A stretch of 61,393 nt of DNA, the filler included. It is 6 parts of 6 records of this genome, joined end to end, with 100 filler letters (N's around TTAATTAATTAA, not from the genome) between each part and the next. Parts side by side here need not be neighbours in the genome. Positions count along the whole stretch, not along the records: positions 42,892 to 51,307 come from SRR31156797_18994; positions 51,408 to 61,393 come from SRR31156797_19006; 4 more parts are not named here. One strand, 5' to 3'. The notes under the pieces are model-generated. The model made no database searches and had not been told where the DNA came from. It saw nothing but the letters and a program-made list of their open reading frames with translations. The translations under genes were made by a program, and so were the position numbers. Positions 49,944-61,274 of the stretch are shown here, in pieces (within the stretch, counting starts at the first letter, position 1; every line of letters begins with the position of its first letter).

Positions 49944-50600
49944 ATGAACTTCCAAGCTGCTATTTTCGATATGGACGGACTATTACTCGATACCGAGAAA
50001 GTTTGTCTAGAGATTTTTGAACAAGCCTGCTACGCCGTTGGCGTGCCTTTTCTTCGCGACATCTACCTTTCCGTTATCGGCAAAAATGCAGCTGGAATTG
50101 AGCAAACGTTAAAAGCGGGCTATGGCCCAGAACTCGACTACCCTGTACTGCATAATGAATGGCGTAAGCGTTACGACGCCGTGGTTAAACATCAAGCTAT
50201 TCCAGTTAAAGACGGCGTGCTTGAACTGCTTAAATGGCTTAAACAACACAACATTCCAACTGCAGTGGCCACCTCAACTCAACGCGATGTTGCAACAGTA
50301 AAATTGCGTTTGGCTGAACTGGATCAGTACTTCGATGTATTCGCGACGGGCTGTGAGGTGAAAAATGGTAAGCCTGACCCAGAAATTTATCTGTTAGCCG
50401 CAGAGCGCTTGAACATCGACCCAGCAAAATGTCTGGCATTTGAAGACTCAAATAACGGCGTTAAATCTGCCGTCGCGGCAAACATGATCACTTATCAAAT
50501 CCCAGATTTGGTAGAGCCGTGTCAAGACGTGCTCACTTTAGGCCATAGTATCCGCCCTTCGATGCATGATGTTCTCAGTGATTTAAAATCGACCTGTTAA
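49944..50600 (+). CDS. HAD-family phosphatase (beta-PGM-like)
   Basis: FDMDGLLLDTE, VATST, GKPDPEIY and FEDS. Confidence 0.92.
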   Translation: MNFQAAIFDMDGLLLDTEKVCLEIFEQACYAVGVPFLRDIYLSVIGKNAAGIEQTLKAGYGPELDYPVLHNEWRKRYDAVVKHQAIPVKDGVLELLKWLKQHNIPTAVATSTQRDVATVKLRLAELDQYFDVFATGCEVKNGKPDPEIYLLAAERLNIDPAKCLAFEDSNNGVKSAVAANMITYQIPDLVEPCQDVLTLGHSIRPSMHDVLSDLKSTC

Positions 50601-50606
50601 TCGGTT

Positions 50607-50635
50607 AAGAGACGCCCAAACTGGGCGTCTCTTTT
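50607..50635 (+). terminator. Intrinsic terminator
   Basis: AAGAGACGCCCA-AAC-TGGGCGTCTCTTTT. Confidence 0.8.
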
Positions 50636-50646
50636 ACTTTATCAAT

Positions 50647-51213
50647 ATGGATATCACCAAACGAACCGAAGCGCTATTACTCGCGGACAATTTTAGAATC
50701 GAATGCCTTAAAGCCGCTGCAATGCTCAATTTACCCGACTGGTATTTAGCTGCGGGCTTTGTTCGCAATGCCATTTGGGATCATCTCCATGGTAATGCAT
50801 CAATGACCCCCCTCAATGATGTTGATCTGGTCTATTTCGACCCGAACGATGTTAGCCATGCCTCCGAACAAAACTATCAAGCGCAGTTATCAGCATTATG
50901 CCCTGATGTTAACTGGGAGGTTCGTAATCAAGCACGAATGCATCTTAACCATGGTCACTCCCCGTATCACAACACCGAGCAAGCGATTGCTCATTGGGTT
51001 GAACTGCCTACCTGTGTCGGTGTGCGCTTAGAATCTGACGGAAGCTTAAGTTTTTGTGCCCCATTCGGTTTACAACATAATTGGTCATTAGATGTGGCAA
51101 TAAACCCGCATTTTCCTCAACCACAAGTGTTTATTAACAGAGTGACGAAAAAGCAGTGGTTAACAATTTGGCACAAGCTGAAACTCGTTCATACAGAACC
51201 GCCCCATTTTTAA
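50647..51213 (+). CDS. Nucleotidyltransferase-family protein (DUF925/NTP_transf_6)
   Basis: LAAGFVRNAIWD, DVDLVYFD, WEVRNQARMH and APFGL. Confidence 0.88.
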   Translation: MDITKRTEALLLADNFRIECLKAAAMLNLPDWYLAAGFVRNAIWDHLHGNASMTPLNDVDLVYFDPNDVSHASEQNYQAQLSALCPDVNWEVRNQARMHLNHGHSPYHNTEQAIAHWVELPTCVGVRLESDGSLSFCAPFGLQHNWSLDVAINPHFPQPQVFINRVTKKQWLTIWHKLKLVHTEPPHF

Positions 51214-51278
51214 ATTGTCGAAACTCAATAAATGCGCTCATAATGGTTTTATTACGCAGAAATGAGTTCGTTAATGAA

Positions 51279-51307
51279 GCTCTGAATCCTGCATCTTGAG
51301 GTCACTT
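51279..51307. repeat. Possible terminus of an ERIC-related Vibrio interspersed repeat at the contig end
   Basis: GCTCTGAATCCTGCATCTTGAGGTCACTT resembles the ERIC-type end TGCAnnTTGAnGT...GGGTATA. Recalled from memory, not searched. Confidence 0.4.
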
Positions 51308-51407
51308 NNNNNNNNNNNNNNNNNNNNNNNNNNNNNNNNNNNNNNNNNNNNTTAATTAATTAANNNNNNNNNNNNNNNNNNNNNNNNNNNNNNNNNNNNN
51401 NNNNNNN
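51308..51407. other. Artificial contig spacer
   Basis: N44-TTAATTAATTAA-N44. Confidence 0.99.
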
Positions 51408-54400
51408 GTAACCTTCTACTTTTTCAAATCCGGTTTCTTTTAATGTTTTTGAATATTGATTTATCTGGGTATTGTATTTATCCGATTTCTGATCGCCGGT
51501 TTTATAATCAACCACTACCGCAGTTTTGCCTGAAACCATAATTCGGTCGGGGCGAAGTATTTTATTCGATGTAATCAGGCTTCTTTCGTTAATTACTTTC
51601 CAGGTGCCGTCGAACCAGTTTTTAACTTCTTCTTTCCCGATGTTTTTTATTAATTCTTCCTGAATGTTTACAAATTCTTTTTCATCAATTCGCCCTTCGT
51701 GCAGTGCTTTTACACAGGCTTTTTTTACATCATCAATAGTTTCAATTTCAGAAAGTATTTCATGAATCAGTTTCCCTAAATTTTTTACTGATCTGTTTTT
51801 TTCTCCCGGAATCAGAAAATCTTCGCCAGCCAACCGAAGTTTTATTTTTTTGCTGAAATTATTGAATACATAATTTTTAACAAGCACCATATTCGACTTT
51901 TTGTTTTCTAATTCAATAGGATCGGTTTTTCCAAACTGAAAAACAGTTTCTTCCTTATTCCAACAGTCTAAGAATGGTTCTTTTAAACTCATTTGTTGTA
52001 AGGCATCTTTTAACAGGCTGTTTATGCTTTTACCCGGTTTTTTCGAATCGATGGTATTCATTACCAGAACCGATTCTGCTCTTGTAAATGCAACGTAAAG
52101 CAAATTTAAAGTGTCGGTAAAATTATTCGCTTTTTCAATAATAAAGTCGGTTTTAAAAAGCGTGTTTTCCATTATTGCATTTGCTTTAACCGGAAGTAGC
52201 GGGAACTGGTTAAATGGTTCTGTTTCTGAATGACACCAAAGGGTAGGAGCGAGTGTTCCGCTCCAACTTGTATTCCAGTTTAAAAACGGAATTAATACGG
52301 CTTTAAATTCAAGCCCTTTCGACTTATGGACGGTTAAAAGCCGAATGGCTTCTATTTCGTCGTTAACATTAACCGATGTGTTTTTACCTTTTTCGTTCCA
52401 CCAGTATAGAAAATTGGAAAGATCGTTTGAAATGGAAATCTTTATTTCTCCGGCTTTATCGATAAGTGTTTGTAAAAATGGCAATTCGCTTTCCAGTTTG
52501 AAAAGTTGAAAATGACTACAGATTTCGGTAATGGTTTCGTCGAGCGAGGTAAGCAGAACTTTTTGTTTTATTTCGTCGAGTTTATGTTTTAGCTGAATGT
52601 CGAATTGGTTTTCGTATTCTTTTTCGAGTTGCCAGTTTTCTTTGGTTTCGTCCGAAAAATTAAGCAATTGTTGTTGAACCCCTGAAAATGAAATTCCCTT
52701 TTTTTCCAGCTCTGGTTTTATGCCGGTTTGCCAGAGTTGAAAAAGAGCGGCTTTTGTTATTTTATTTTCACTGTCGATGAGCCATTCAATTATTAAAATA
52801 ACAAATAATACCGAGCTCGATGCATGTAAAAAGAGCGATTCGTTCGAAAGGACCGATAAATTATAGGAAGATCTTTTTTCCCTTTTCGCCGCTGCCAGAA
52901 ACTCTTCAATTATTAACGTACCCTCTTTGTTTGTTCGTATTAATATTGCAATCTCCGAAGCTTTTAATCCGTTATCCTGCAGTTCTTTTACCTGCTCTAT
53001 TAAGAAATCAATTGAATTTTCCTTGAAATCGTTATCCTCCAGAAAATTTATTTTCACCAATCCGCTTCTTTCTTTCGAGCTGTTTCCGGCTTCCTGAAAA
53101 AAGTCGTTGTAAACATTGTTGAATTTTTCTTTCTGAATCTTCCAATCATCGTCTTGGTTATTTTCGAACAGTTTGTCTTCGAAACTTGATTTTAAATGTT
53201 GAATGACAGCATTATTAAAATCGATTATGTTTTTTTCGCTGCGCCAGTTCTTTTTTAGTGTTTTTGTTTCGGGAATAAAATTTGGGAAATCGTGGTCGAC
53301 CTGTTCGGCCAGAATATTCCAGTCGCTGTTTCGCCACCTGTAAATCGATTGTTTTACATCGCCCACAATCAGGTTTTTATTTCCTTCCGATAACGAATTG
53401 GCAATTAATGGTTTGAAATTACTCCATTGTAATGCCGAAGTATCCTGAAATTCGTCGAGCATAAAAAAGTTAAAAAAGCTGCCTATTTTTTCGTAAATAA
53501 ACGGCGATTCGCTGCCGCCTATAATTTTATTTAATAACAAGTTCGAATCTGAAATCTGTAACATTCCTTTTTCATGAAGAAGAATTTTTATTTCTTCTTT
53601 CAAATCGGTTAAAATACCAAGTGTGCGCAACTGGTTTTTTACAGCAACTGCAGTAAAATACAACACGGATTGTGTTCTGTAAAACTTTAATATTTCTAAA
53701 AGTAATGGCTGAAGCTGGTTTGCAACCAAAGCCTGAAGTTCAGATTTTTGTTTGTGATTTTTAGCAAACCATTTTTCTGCCGATTCCTCGGCATTTAAAA
53801 TACGTGCTCCCGGTTCTTTAATTTTTCCTTCAGAAAGATTTAGAAAATAGCCTCCAATTCCAGTCGTTTTATACGAAAAATCGTTTACAGAAAAACCACA
53901 GTTTTCCATCATTTTTAGCGCTTCTTTTCCTTTCTTTTTTAACGTAGATTCGAATTGAGCAATTATTAAATTCAATTCTTTCCTGAATGCATTTAAGTTT
54001 TTACGGGTATAAACCGAATCTTTTGTTTCGGGAAAAAAGAGCTGAAATTTCTCGTTAAATAATTCTTTGCCGAGCGATTTTATATCTTCTTCGATGCGTT
54101 GACTTTGGTTTTCCGTTATTTTCTCTTCACTAAACCGAACCAGCCAATCGAGCAACTTTTTATCCTGATCTATTTTCCCCAGTAGCCGATCGACAGCCTC
54201 TTCAAGAACCAAACCATCGTCGAGTTGAAGGGTAAAATTTGGTGAAATTCCAAGCTCGCGATTAAACGCTTTTATAATTCGTTGTGTAAATGAATCGATG
54301 GTATTAATTGAAAACCGATTATAGTCGTGTAATATATTTTTTAATACCTTCTTCGCCTTTTGCCTTATATTTTCTTCTGTAAAATGAAGTTCAGATTTTA

Positions 54401-54611
54401 ATGTCTCCAAATATTTTGAATCGTCGCCTTTTGCCAGCAAATGTAACTGCTCCAGAATCCGGCTTTTCATTTCGTTTGTTGCCTTGTTCGTAAAAGTTAC
54501 TGCAAGAATATGTTGGTAATTAAATGGGTTTTGCATCAGCAATTTCAGGTATTCTATAACCAGTTGAAATGTTTTTCCTGAACCTGCTGAAGCTTTATAA
54601 ACTGTTAACAT
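51408..54611 (-). CDS. UvrD/AddA-like helicase with C-terminal PD-(D/E)xK nuclease, 3'-truncated
   Basis: ASAGSGKT, TFTNKAT, DEFQDTS, VGDVKQSIYRWR, TVHKSKGLEF, LYVAFTRA and RPDR...VDYKTG. Confidence 0.93.
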
Positions 54612-54614
54612 ATG

Positions 54615-54788
54615 GTGAAGTAAAAAGTATTAAATCAAAAGTCAAAAGTAGAAAGTATTAAGTAAAAAGTATTAAGTATTAAGTAGAAAGTATTAAGTAA
54701 AAAGTAAAAAGTAATAAGTCAAAAGTAGAAAGTCAAAAGTAGAAAGTATTTAGAAGAATTCAAAAGTCAAAAGTGCGAAGTGCAAAGA
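54615..54788. repeat. Degenerate heptamer tandem array (NNNAAGT), about 24 units
   Basis: Units CAAAAGT, AGAAAGT, ATTAAGT and AAAAAGT in 7-bp register with one 6-bp slip, filling the gap before the helicase start. Confidence 0.9.
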
Positions 54789-54807
54789 GGAAAATACAAC
54801 ACTGAAA

Positions 54808-55350
54808 TCAGAATCCGGGGTGATTACCTTGTGTAACACTAACCCGGGTTTCAATTTTAAAATTTTTCGAAACTTTGTATTCCATAAACATGGTTGCGCC
54901 GCGGGTATCGAAATTATTCATTCGCTGGTTTGGTAAAGGCGCCGAAAAAATAGAATTAGCGCCAAAACTATATCCTCCTAATTTCAAATTATCGTTTAAT
55001 TTATAAGCTGCGCCACTAAAAACCATTCCGTTTCTGTAAAAAAGTGAATTTATTATTCCAATTGAATTGTAACTGAAAATTTCAGGTTCGTTAGAATTGA
55101 TAAACTCCTGAATTCTAAAATTGTAGATTTGTTGTGCAATAACTGTATTCATGTCAAATTTGGGGATTTCCAAATCAGAAATCAATCCGCCTATTTGCGT
55201 CGTTCCTGATAATAATTCGCGATACAACAATTGTCTTTCCAATTCAACCAGTGCCGAATCCTGTTCAATCTGAACCAGGGGCATTAATTTTTCCTGTGCT
55301 GTAATATTCCAAAAAACAGAAATTAATAAAATGGTAAAAATGGTTCTCAA
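54808..55350 (-). CDS. Hypothetical exported protein
   Basis: Signal peptide and a beta-strand-rich C-terminus (MFMEYKVSKNFKIETRVSV). TTG start. Confidence 0.75.
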   Translation of the reverse strand: MRTIFTILLISVFWNITAQEKLMPLVQIEQDSALVELERQLLYRELLSGTTQIGGLISDLEIPKFDMNTVIAQQIYNFRIQEFINSNEPEIFSYNSIGIINSLFYRNGMVFSGAAYKLNDNLKLGGYSFGANSIFSAPLPNQRMNNFDTRGATMFMEYKVSKNFKIETRVSVTQGNHPGF

Positions 55351-55394
55351 CGTTGTTACTTTAATAATTAATTTTTAGCTGAATGATAATAATT

Positions 55395-56636
55395 CTACAT
55401 TGTTTCACCATCATCTTCCATTTCCAGAAACCAGGATATAGAAGCCAGTCCTGATGGAATTATGCCAGTTGTATGACCGATTCCCGGCAACGGCAACCAA
55501 ATAACTTCATCGATACCAACTCCCTGTTGTAAGAAACTCTGGTAGATATCGCTGGAAACCTTGGTAGGTACAAAATCATCAACCATGCCATGAATAATTA
55601 AAGTAGGAATTTCTGTATCCCAGGCCGGAATACTGTTTGCTTCCAGTGCCGCAACCACCGAAGCATAATTGTCATCGGTTGCGTAATTTGAAATGTAATC
55701 TGTTGTTAATAAATCGGCTATGTTGGTTGTTAATTCTGTATTAATTTCTTCTCCGGTTTTTGTGCCATCGTACAGCGTTGAGATACTTGTTGCATATGGT
55801 TCCTGAAAGACATTGCTAGCCGGAATTGTAATGATACCAAGGTTTATGTAACTGTTAAACAAATATCCTAAAAAGTATGGCATTGGATAGGTGGTTTGTT
55901 CCGTTATGTATTGATTTATATAACTTAGATTGTACGGTCCTGCACCACAGGCACTGGCTTTTAAATTGAATTCATCCATGTATTTGGTTTCAATTTCGTG
56001 CTGTAATTGCATGGTTGCCCAGCCGCCCTGAGAATATCCGGCAATATATAAATCGTCGTTTAAATCTTTATCCAGGTAATGGTCGGTAAGTTCTTTTGTT
56101 GCCCTCAACATATCGAGAATGGATTTATTCGACGATTCCTTATCAAGATAAGGATGGTACATATCATCAGCATCGCCAAATCCTAAATAATCGGGAATGG
56201 CAACTACAAAGCCGGTAGATGCTACAGATTCAAGCAACATATACAACTCGTAATCCGGATTTACCGAAGGGGCATTACTGTGTAATGTATTGGTTCCGTT
56301 TTGATAACTAAGCAATGGAAACGGTCCGTCGCCGGTTGGAACACAAACCAGGCCCGATGCCTTTTGAAGTTGATTGTTGAAAGAAGTATAGTAGGATATC
56401 CGGTAAACTATAACACCGTGCTCTATTTTCGATTTTATAATGTCCAGTTCAGGGTAATCGCCAATTTGATCAAAAGCAATATTTATTAATTCCGGTAAAT
56501 AAGATTTTACCATTTCATAGTCTACTAAAAATTTGTCAACTGGTTTATCGTCGTTATTATTGTTTACCAAATCGCAGGCCGATAAACTAAAAATAAACAA
56601 ACTAAAAATCAAAAGTTTTTTAAAAGTGTTTTTCAT
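55395..56636 (-). CDS. Alpha/beta-hydrolase lipoprotein (secretory lipase-like)
   Basis: Lipobox LSAC, PDYLGFG, GYSQGG nucleophile elbow, HG..DDFVP and a catalytic His in GIGH. Confidence 0.85.
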   Translation of the reverse strand: MKNTFKKLLIFSLFIFSLSACDLVNNNNDDKPVDKFLVDYEMVKSYLPELINIAFDQIGDYPELDIIKSKIEHGVIVYRISYYTSFNNQLQKASGLVCVPTGDGPFPLLSYQNGTNTLHSNAPSVNPDYELYMLLESVASTGFVVAIPDYLGFGDADDMYHPYLDKESSNKSILDMLRATKELTDHYLDKDLNDDLYIAGYSQGGWATMQLQHEIETKYMDEFNLKASACGAGPYNLSYINQYITEQTTYPMPYFLGYLFNSYINLGIITIPASNVFQEPYATSISTLYDGTKTGEEINTELTTNIADLLTTDYISNYATDDNYASVVAALEANSIPAWDTEIPTLIIHGMVDDFVPTKVSSDIYQSFLQQGVGIDEVIWLPLPGIGHTTGIIPSGLASISWFLEMEDDGETM

Positions 56637-56767
56637 GGCAAAAGGGTATTTAATGAATTTCTGAATCAAAATTAGTTAAAAATCGTTATGCAATGCAAAT
56701 TTGCTTTATATATTCTATGAAACAAGTTTAATATTTAACGGTTCATTTTTGTATCTGGTATTTTGAA

Positions 56768-59700
56768 TTATTCTGATTTTTCATCTTCAATACCAAGTAC
56801 CGTTTTAGAGCCTGAAAGAATTGCTTTCCACCAGTAATTAATTACCGATCGTTCAATATCCCGTTCATAGAAAACAGACACAGGTTCCAGTTTATTGCCT
56901 TTTGGATTTTCTGAATTCAACATTATTTTATTGGCCCAGAAAGTAGCCAGTTTCGATTTTTTCATTCCTTCGGAATTAAGTTCCAGTATGGAGACTTTAA
57001 AATCATCGTATCCAAAATATAACTCACCGGTTGCATTTTTAATGTCAAAGTTTAAATCAAAATCGAACCGGTTTAGCTGTCCGCTCTGAATAGAAATCGG
57101 GGCTGTTTTTTCAAGCATCGGATTAATGTTTGATAATGGCATTTTTGTAAGATTACCCGAAACCGAATGCGAATAGTTTTTATCGCTTAAATCGAAGTTA
57201 AATTTTGCCGAAAGGTTACCGTTGTTAAACATTTCTGTGCCGGCAACTATTTCAAAATTCTTTTGTTTATTCAAAATCTCAGGAATATTGGAGAGACGAC
57301 CGGCTTTGAATGTAAGGTTCTTAAATTTAATACTCCCGGGTTCATCCGAAATATCCATTAATTCACTGTAAGTTAAAGTCGAGGGGTGTAAATACAACGA
57401 ATCGAAAATGAAGGATTGTTTAATATCTTTTATCAAATTTTGTGGCCACGGTGGCCGTTGACTGTGGTTAAACGGGAATCGTTTATTTCTGAAAATTTCA
57501 AGATCTGTTTTTCCAATTATAAATCGTTCTGCATCGAGAATATTGTTTTTTATCCAAAGATTTTCATCTACATTTTCGATGGCAATAAACGAAATATTTC
57601 CATTCAAATAATCCGTTTGAAATCCAGTTCTTCGCGGGTATTCTTCGCGTTTTAATAATGGTTTTATTTCAATGTTATTTAAAAGAATTTTGTGTTTTAA
57701 TGAGTTGTATTTTAACGAATCTGCTGTAAATTCATATAGGTTGTTTTTTGTTTTTGTGCTGAGATTTGTGGTAGATATTTCAAACTCTTTTGAATGCAAC
57801 AAATCTTCCGGATTCTGATTTTCACCAATATTAATCTCCCTGAAACTCAGGTTTATTTCTTTGTCGAACAGTTTTTTGCTAAACCAATTAAAGTTTAGGT
57901 TTGCACGGTTTAGTTGTAATTGGTTTATTTTTATTTGGTCGACATACGATTCAATAATGGGATATAAATCAAGATTTCGGGCAACTTCCAGTTTATCACC
58001 TTTTACCGAATCATTTATTTCAATGTTTATTTGCGGATGTTCAATGTTTATTTCATTGAATATGAAATTGTTGTTGTTCAATGCTTCGTTAATATTGAAT
58101 GCAGATAATGTGATTGACGGAGTAGAAATTGCAAACCGGTTACCTTTGCCTTTTTGTATAAACGGATTAATATTCAATTGGTTAATCGCAATAATTTGTT
58201 CTGTGCGATTGTAATCAATATTTTCAATTTTTAATTCATGCGAATCTTCCAATGGAGTTCTGAAATCTGATATTTCAGAAATAAAATTTCCGGTAGATAG
58301 TTGTGCTTCATTTCGATTATTATTTTCAATCTTAACATCGGGTAATGAAAGGTTTATCTTAAAATTACTTTTAGCAAAAACATCAATTCCTTGCGATTCA
58401 TATGTTAAAACATCGGCATTTTTAATTTTTATTTCGTTCAGTTTTAACGACTTTATAAACGCAGGGAGCGGAAATTTATATTTGCTTAAATCGAGCGATT
58501 TTGTTTTGTCGGCCTGACTGTAAATTTGAAATCGCGGAGCATTTATTTCGAGTTCGTTTAAAATTAGTTCCTTTGAATAGTAAGCTGTTAAAAAATCGAA
58601 GTTACTAATTTCCAATTCAGGAATTGTAACCTGAAAAGTGGTGGCCAGTTTCTTGTATTTTTCAGAAGTAATTACCGGGTAAAGTAACGCATTTTTTATA
58701 CTTACACTCGATTGTTTGGTTGAAAGATTTATTTCGCCGGCCTGTAAAATGTGCACACTGTCGGATAATTGAAACATTTGATCTTTAACTGAAATATCAA
58801 AATTGTCGGAAAACAGCAACCGTTTTTTGTTCAATTCCTTTTCATTAAACCTGAAATTTTCGAGAGAGGCAGAAAACTCGTTGTCGAACGAAATGGTTTT
58901 ATCTTTTTTAGTGTGGTTTACCCAGGTTAATTCCCCGTTTGGAATATCAATTTTATTAATATTAATGTCGGATAGGTAATTAAAAATTAATTGCGAAAAT
59001 TCGGAAAATTCTTTTTTATCCTGTTTGTTTCGTAAAGCTCCAAAGTTTTCGAAATATATTTCGGGATTTATAATTTGAAACCTGGAAATATTCAACTTAT
59101 TATAGAAAAATGCATTTCGCAGATTTATTCCCCACAGCGTAATTCTGGGTATCGAAATATTGTATAATTCCGAGCGGTTAAACGATTTCATGGTTTCGTT
59201 ATCCGCTTTTTCTATTACCGGTTGAAGACGCAGGTTTCTAATATCAACTTTTCTCTCGAAGCTTAAAACCGAAATTTGTTCTACATCAATTTTATGCAAA
59301 TTATCGACAAGTCGCATCTGGTAATCTGAAAATTCAAGATCGAAATTGGTGGCATAAAAGAATTTATCGGTTTGTTTAATACTGGTCGAATCGAGCGAAA
59401 ATCCGGTGAGGTTAAAATCAAATCCGGTTTCGAAGTATCCCTGAATTTTGTTTTCGCTAAGGTTTTCAATATTTAATGTTCCATTTTCAACGGTAACCAA
59501 GTCGGAATAAACTCCTTTTAAATATGCCGAAACGAGTTCGAAAAGTAATCCGGTCTCTTTTTGTTTTACCGGTTTTGCTATTTCTGAATGGTATTGAAGA
59601 TGAACATTGGGTTCGATTATTTCAATATTTTGTGTTGGTAAAGTACGGGTGTGATATAATGTCTTTAAGTTAATTTCATTGATTTTAAGCGATTTGCATT

Positions 59701-61054
59701 CCAGGTTTACAATGCTTCGCGTGCTTTTATTTTTGGGGCTTGCCGGTGAAATGGATATTTCTTTTAGTCCAAGCGAATTTGTAAACGTAGATACAAACAG
59801 AGAATCGGCTCTGAAATTGTGTTCATTATCTTCGAGCCGTAAATTATAATTCGCCACATTCATTTCCAGGTTATTGGCATGTAATAATTTTTCCCGGTTT
59901 CGTGAAGAAACAGAATCGAGAGCAAATCCAAACAATTTTATGTCTACACTGGAAAATTGCTGCTGATACTTTTCAAATTCAGACATCCTGTAAATTTCGA
60001 TATTAGCATTGTCGAAATAAAAACTATCAACTTCTATTTTTAGAAATTGGTTTTCAATTAACGAGTATAAATCAAATGCATTCAAATCTTCAATGTCGAA
60101 ACGTTCTCTGTTGTTTTTCTGGTAATACCTGATGCCGGGATTTTCGAATTGAAGCAACTGAATTTTAATGGAATCGTTAAATGAAAACCGGGAGAAATTT
60201 TCACTTTTCATGTGCATTTTTGGTACAAAAACATCGTATAAACTTTTATCCTCGTTTTTGTATAAATAAGTAAGACGAAATCCGCTGGCATTAATGTCAG
60301 CAGTTTTTAGCGAATATTCCAACGTATCAATTTTCAGTAGGTGTAAACTATCACCAAGTTGGTGTTCAAATTCATTCAATCTAATTACAATATCATCGTT
60401 CTCGAAGAGTTGCGAATTATTAAAAATAAGTGCAGAATCGGTTCTGAAATTTTTAATTCCAATAGTAATTCTGTTTGCATTTGAAATTTCCTCAGAATCA
60501 CCGAAAGTATTGTAAAATGAATAGTTGGCGTTAATAAAGTTAATGTTGTCGATGGTAATTTTATTCAGGTATTTTTGAAAAACCGGCCTCAGTAGGTAAA
60601 ATACTTTTTCAACCGATTGCTGCGAATTATTCTGAAGCAAATCTTTTCCTGAAATCTTGAAATTGGGATTTGTTACAGAAATATTGCGGCAATGAAAAAC
60701 TTTGTTTTTAAACAATTCTTTTACGCCAATATCTTCGATTTTTATTTTGGGAGATTGAAATGAATAAATAAGTGATTCGGGCGATTTTTTAACAATTTCT
60801 TCCGAAATATTATTATCGGGAGTCAGGCTAACGTCTGTAATTATTACTGAAAATGGGAATACTTCCAAATCGATATTACTAAAATCCAGCTTGTATAGTT
60901 GGTTTGTTTTCTCGGCAACAATTTGCGAAAGATTTTTATTGATATAACTCTCCGCCTTAAAATATCCAACAATACCAATTCCTGCAATAAGTAAAAGCAG
61001 GATTAAAATAACCCAGATAAAAATTGAAAATATTTTTTTTCTGATTCTAGCCAT
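56768..61054 (-). CDS. Large membrane-anchored beta-rich protein (AsmA/DUF748-like)
   Basis: N-terminal TM helix followed by about 1400 aa of alternating beta-strand pattern with internal repeats. Confidence 0.65.
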   Translation of the reverse strand: MARIRKKIFSIFIWVILILLLLIAGIGIVGYFKAESYINKNLSQIVAEKTNQLYKLDFSNIDLEVFPFSVIITDVSLTPDNNISEEIVKKSPESLIYSFQSPKIKIEDIGVKELFKNKVFHCRNISVTNPNFKISGKDLLQNNSQQSVEKVFYLLRPVFQKYLNKITIDNINFINANYSFYNTFGDSEEISNANRITIGIKNFRTDSALIFNNSQLFENDDIVIRLNEFEHQLGDSLHLLKIDTLEYSLKTADINASGFRLTYLYKNEDKSLYDVFVPKMHMKSENFSRFSFNDSIKIQLLQFENPGIRYYQKNNRERFDIEDLNAFDLYSLIENQFLKIEVDSFYFDNANIEIYRMSEFEKYQQQFSSVDIKLFGFALDSVSSRNREKLLHANNLEMNVANYNLRLEDNEHNFRADSLFVSTFTNSLGLKEISISPASPKNKSTRSIVNLECKSLKINEINLKTLYHTRTLPTQNIEIIEPNVHLQYHSEIAKPVKQKETGLLFELVSAYLKGVYSDLVTVENGTLNIENLSENKIQGYFETGFDFNLTGFSLDSTSIKQTDKFFYATNFDLEFSDYQMRLVDNLHKIDVEQISVLSFERKVDIRNLRLQPVIEKADNETMKSFNRSELYNISIPRITLWGINLRNAFFYNKLNISRFQIINPEIYFENFGALRNKQDKKEFSEFSQLIFNYLSDININKIDIPNGELTWVNHTKKDKTISFDNEFSASLENFRFNEKELNKKRLLFSDNFDISVKDQMFQLSDSVHILQAGEINLSTKQSSVSIKNALLYPVITSEKYKKLATTFQVTIPELEISNFDFLTAYYSKELILNELEINAPRFQIYSQADKTKSLDLSKYKFPLPAFIKSLKLNEIKIKNADVLTYESQGIDVFAKSNFKINLSLPDVKIENNNRNEAQLSTGNFISEISDFRTPLEDSHELKIENIDYNRTEQIIAINQLNINPFIQKGKGNRFAISTPSITLSAFNINEALNNNNFIFNEINIEHPQINIEINDSVKGDKLEVARNLDLYPIIESYVDQIKINQLQLNRANLNFNWFSKKLFDKEINLSFREINIGENQNPEDLLHSKEFEISTTNLSTKTKNNLYEFTADSLKYNSLKHKILLNNIEIKPLLKREEYPRRTGFQTDYLNGNISFIAIENVDENLWIKNNILDAERFIIGKTDLEIFRNKRFPFNHSQRPPWPQNLIKDIKQSFIFDSLYLHPSTLTYSELMDISDEPGSIKFKNLTFKAGRLSNIPEILNKQKNFEIVAGTEMFNNGNLSAKFNFDLSDKNYSHSVSGNLTKMPLSNINPMLEKTAPISIQSGQLNRFDFDLNFDIKNATGELYFGYDDFKVSILELNSEGMKKSKLATFWANKIMLNSENPKGNKLEPVSVFYERDIERSVINYWWKAILSGSKTVLGIEDEKSE

Positions 61055-61274
61055 AATTACGTTTACAAACTAATTATAAAGATATATTTATTTGGAAAGG
61101 GTTGCTTTTATCGTTCATAATTTTGGCTTGTTTGTGAAAAAGAAATATCAATAACTAATCCTTAGAATTGAATTTTAATACTTTAAATATTCAGGTATTA
61201 TGTTTGCTAAAAGGAAATAGCTATTTTTATTCAAACATTTAATTTCATCATTATTCATTTTTTAAACTAAACCG

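Noticed and set aside
6967-51407. Recurring TTAATTAATTAA palindrome within N runs, and any operon or island spanning it
   Set aside because: Five identical 100-nt linkers with composition jumps are concatenation artefacts. Genes on different contigs (for example the two CDF transporters) cannot be treated as linked.
54615-54788. CRISPR array
   Set aside because: The period is 7 bp with no unique spacers, and there are no cas genes in the window.
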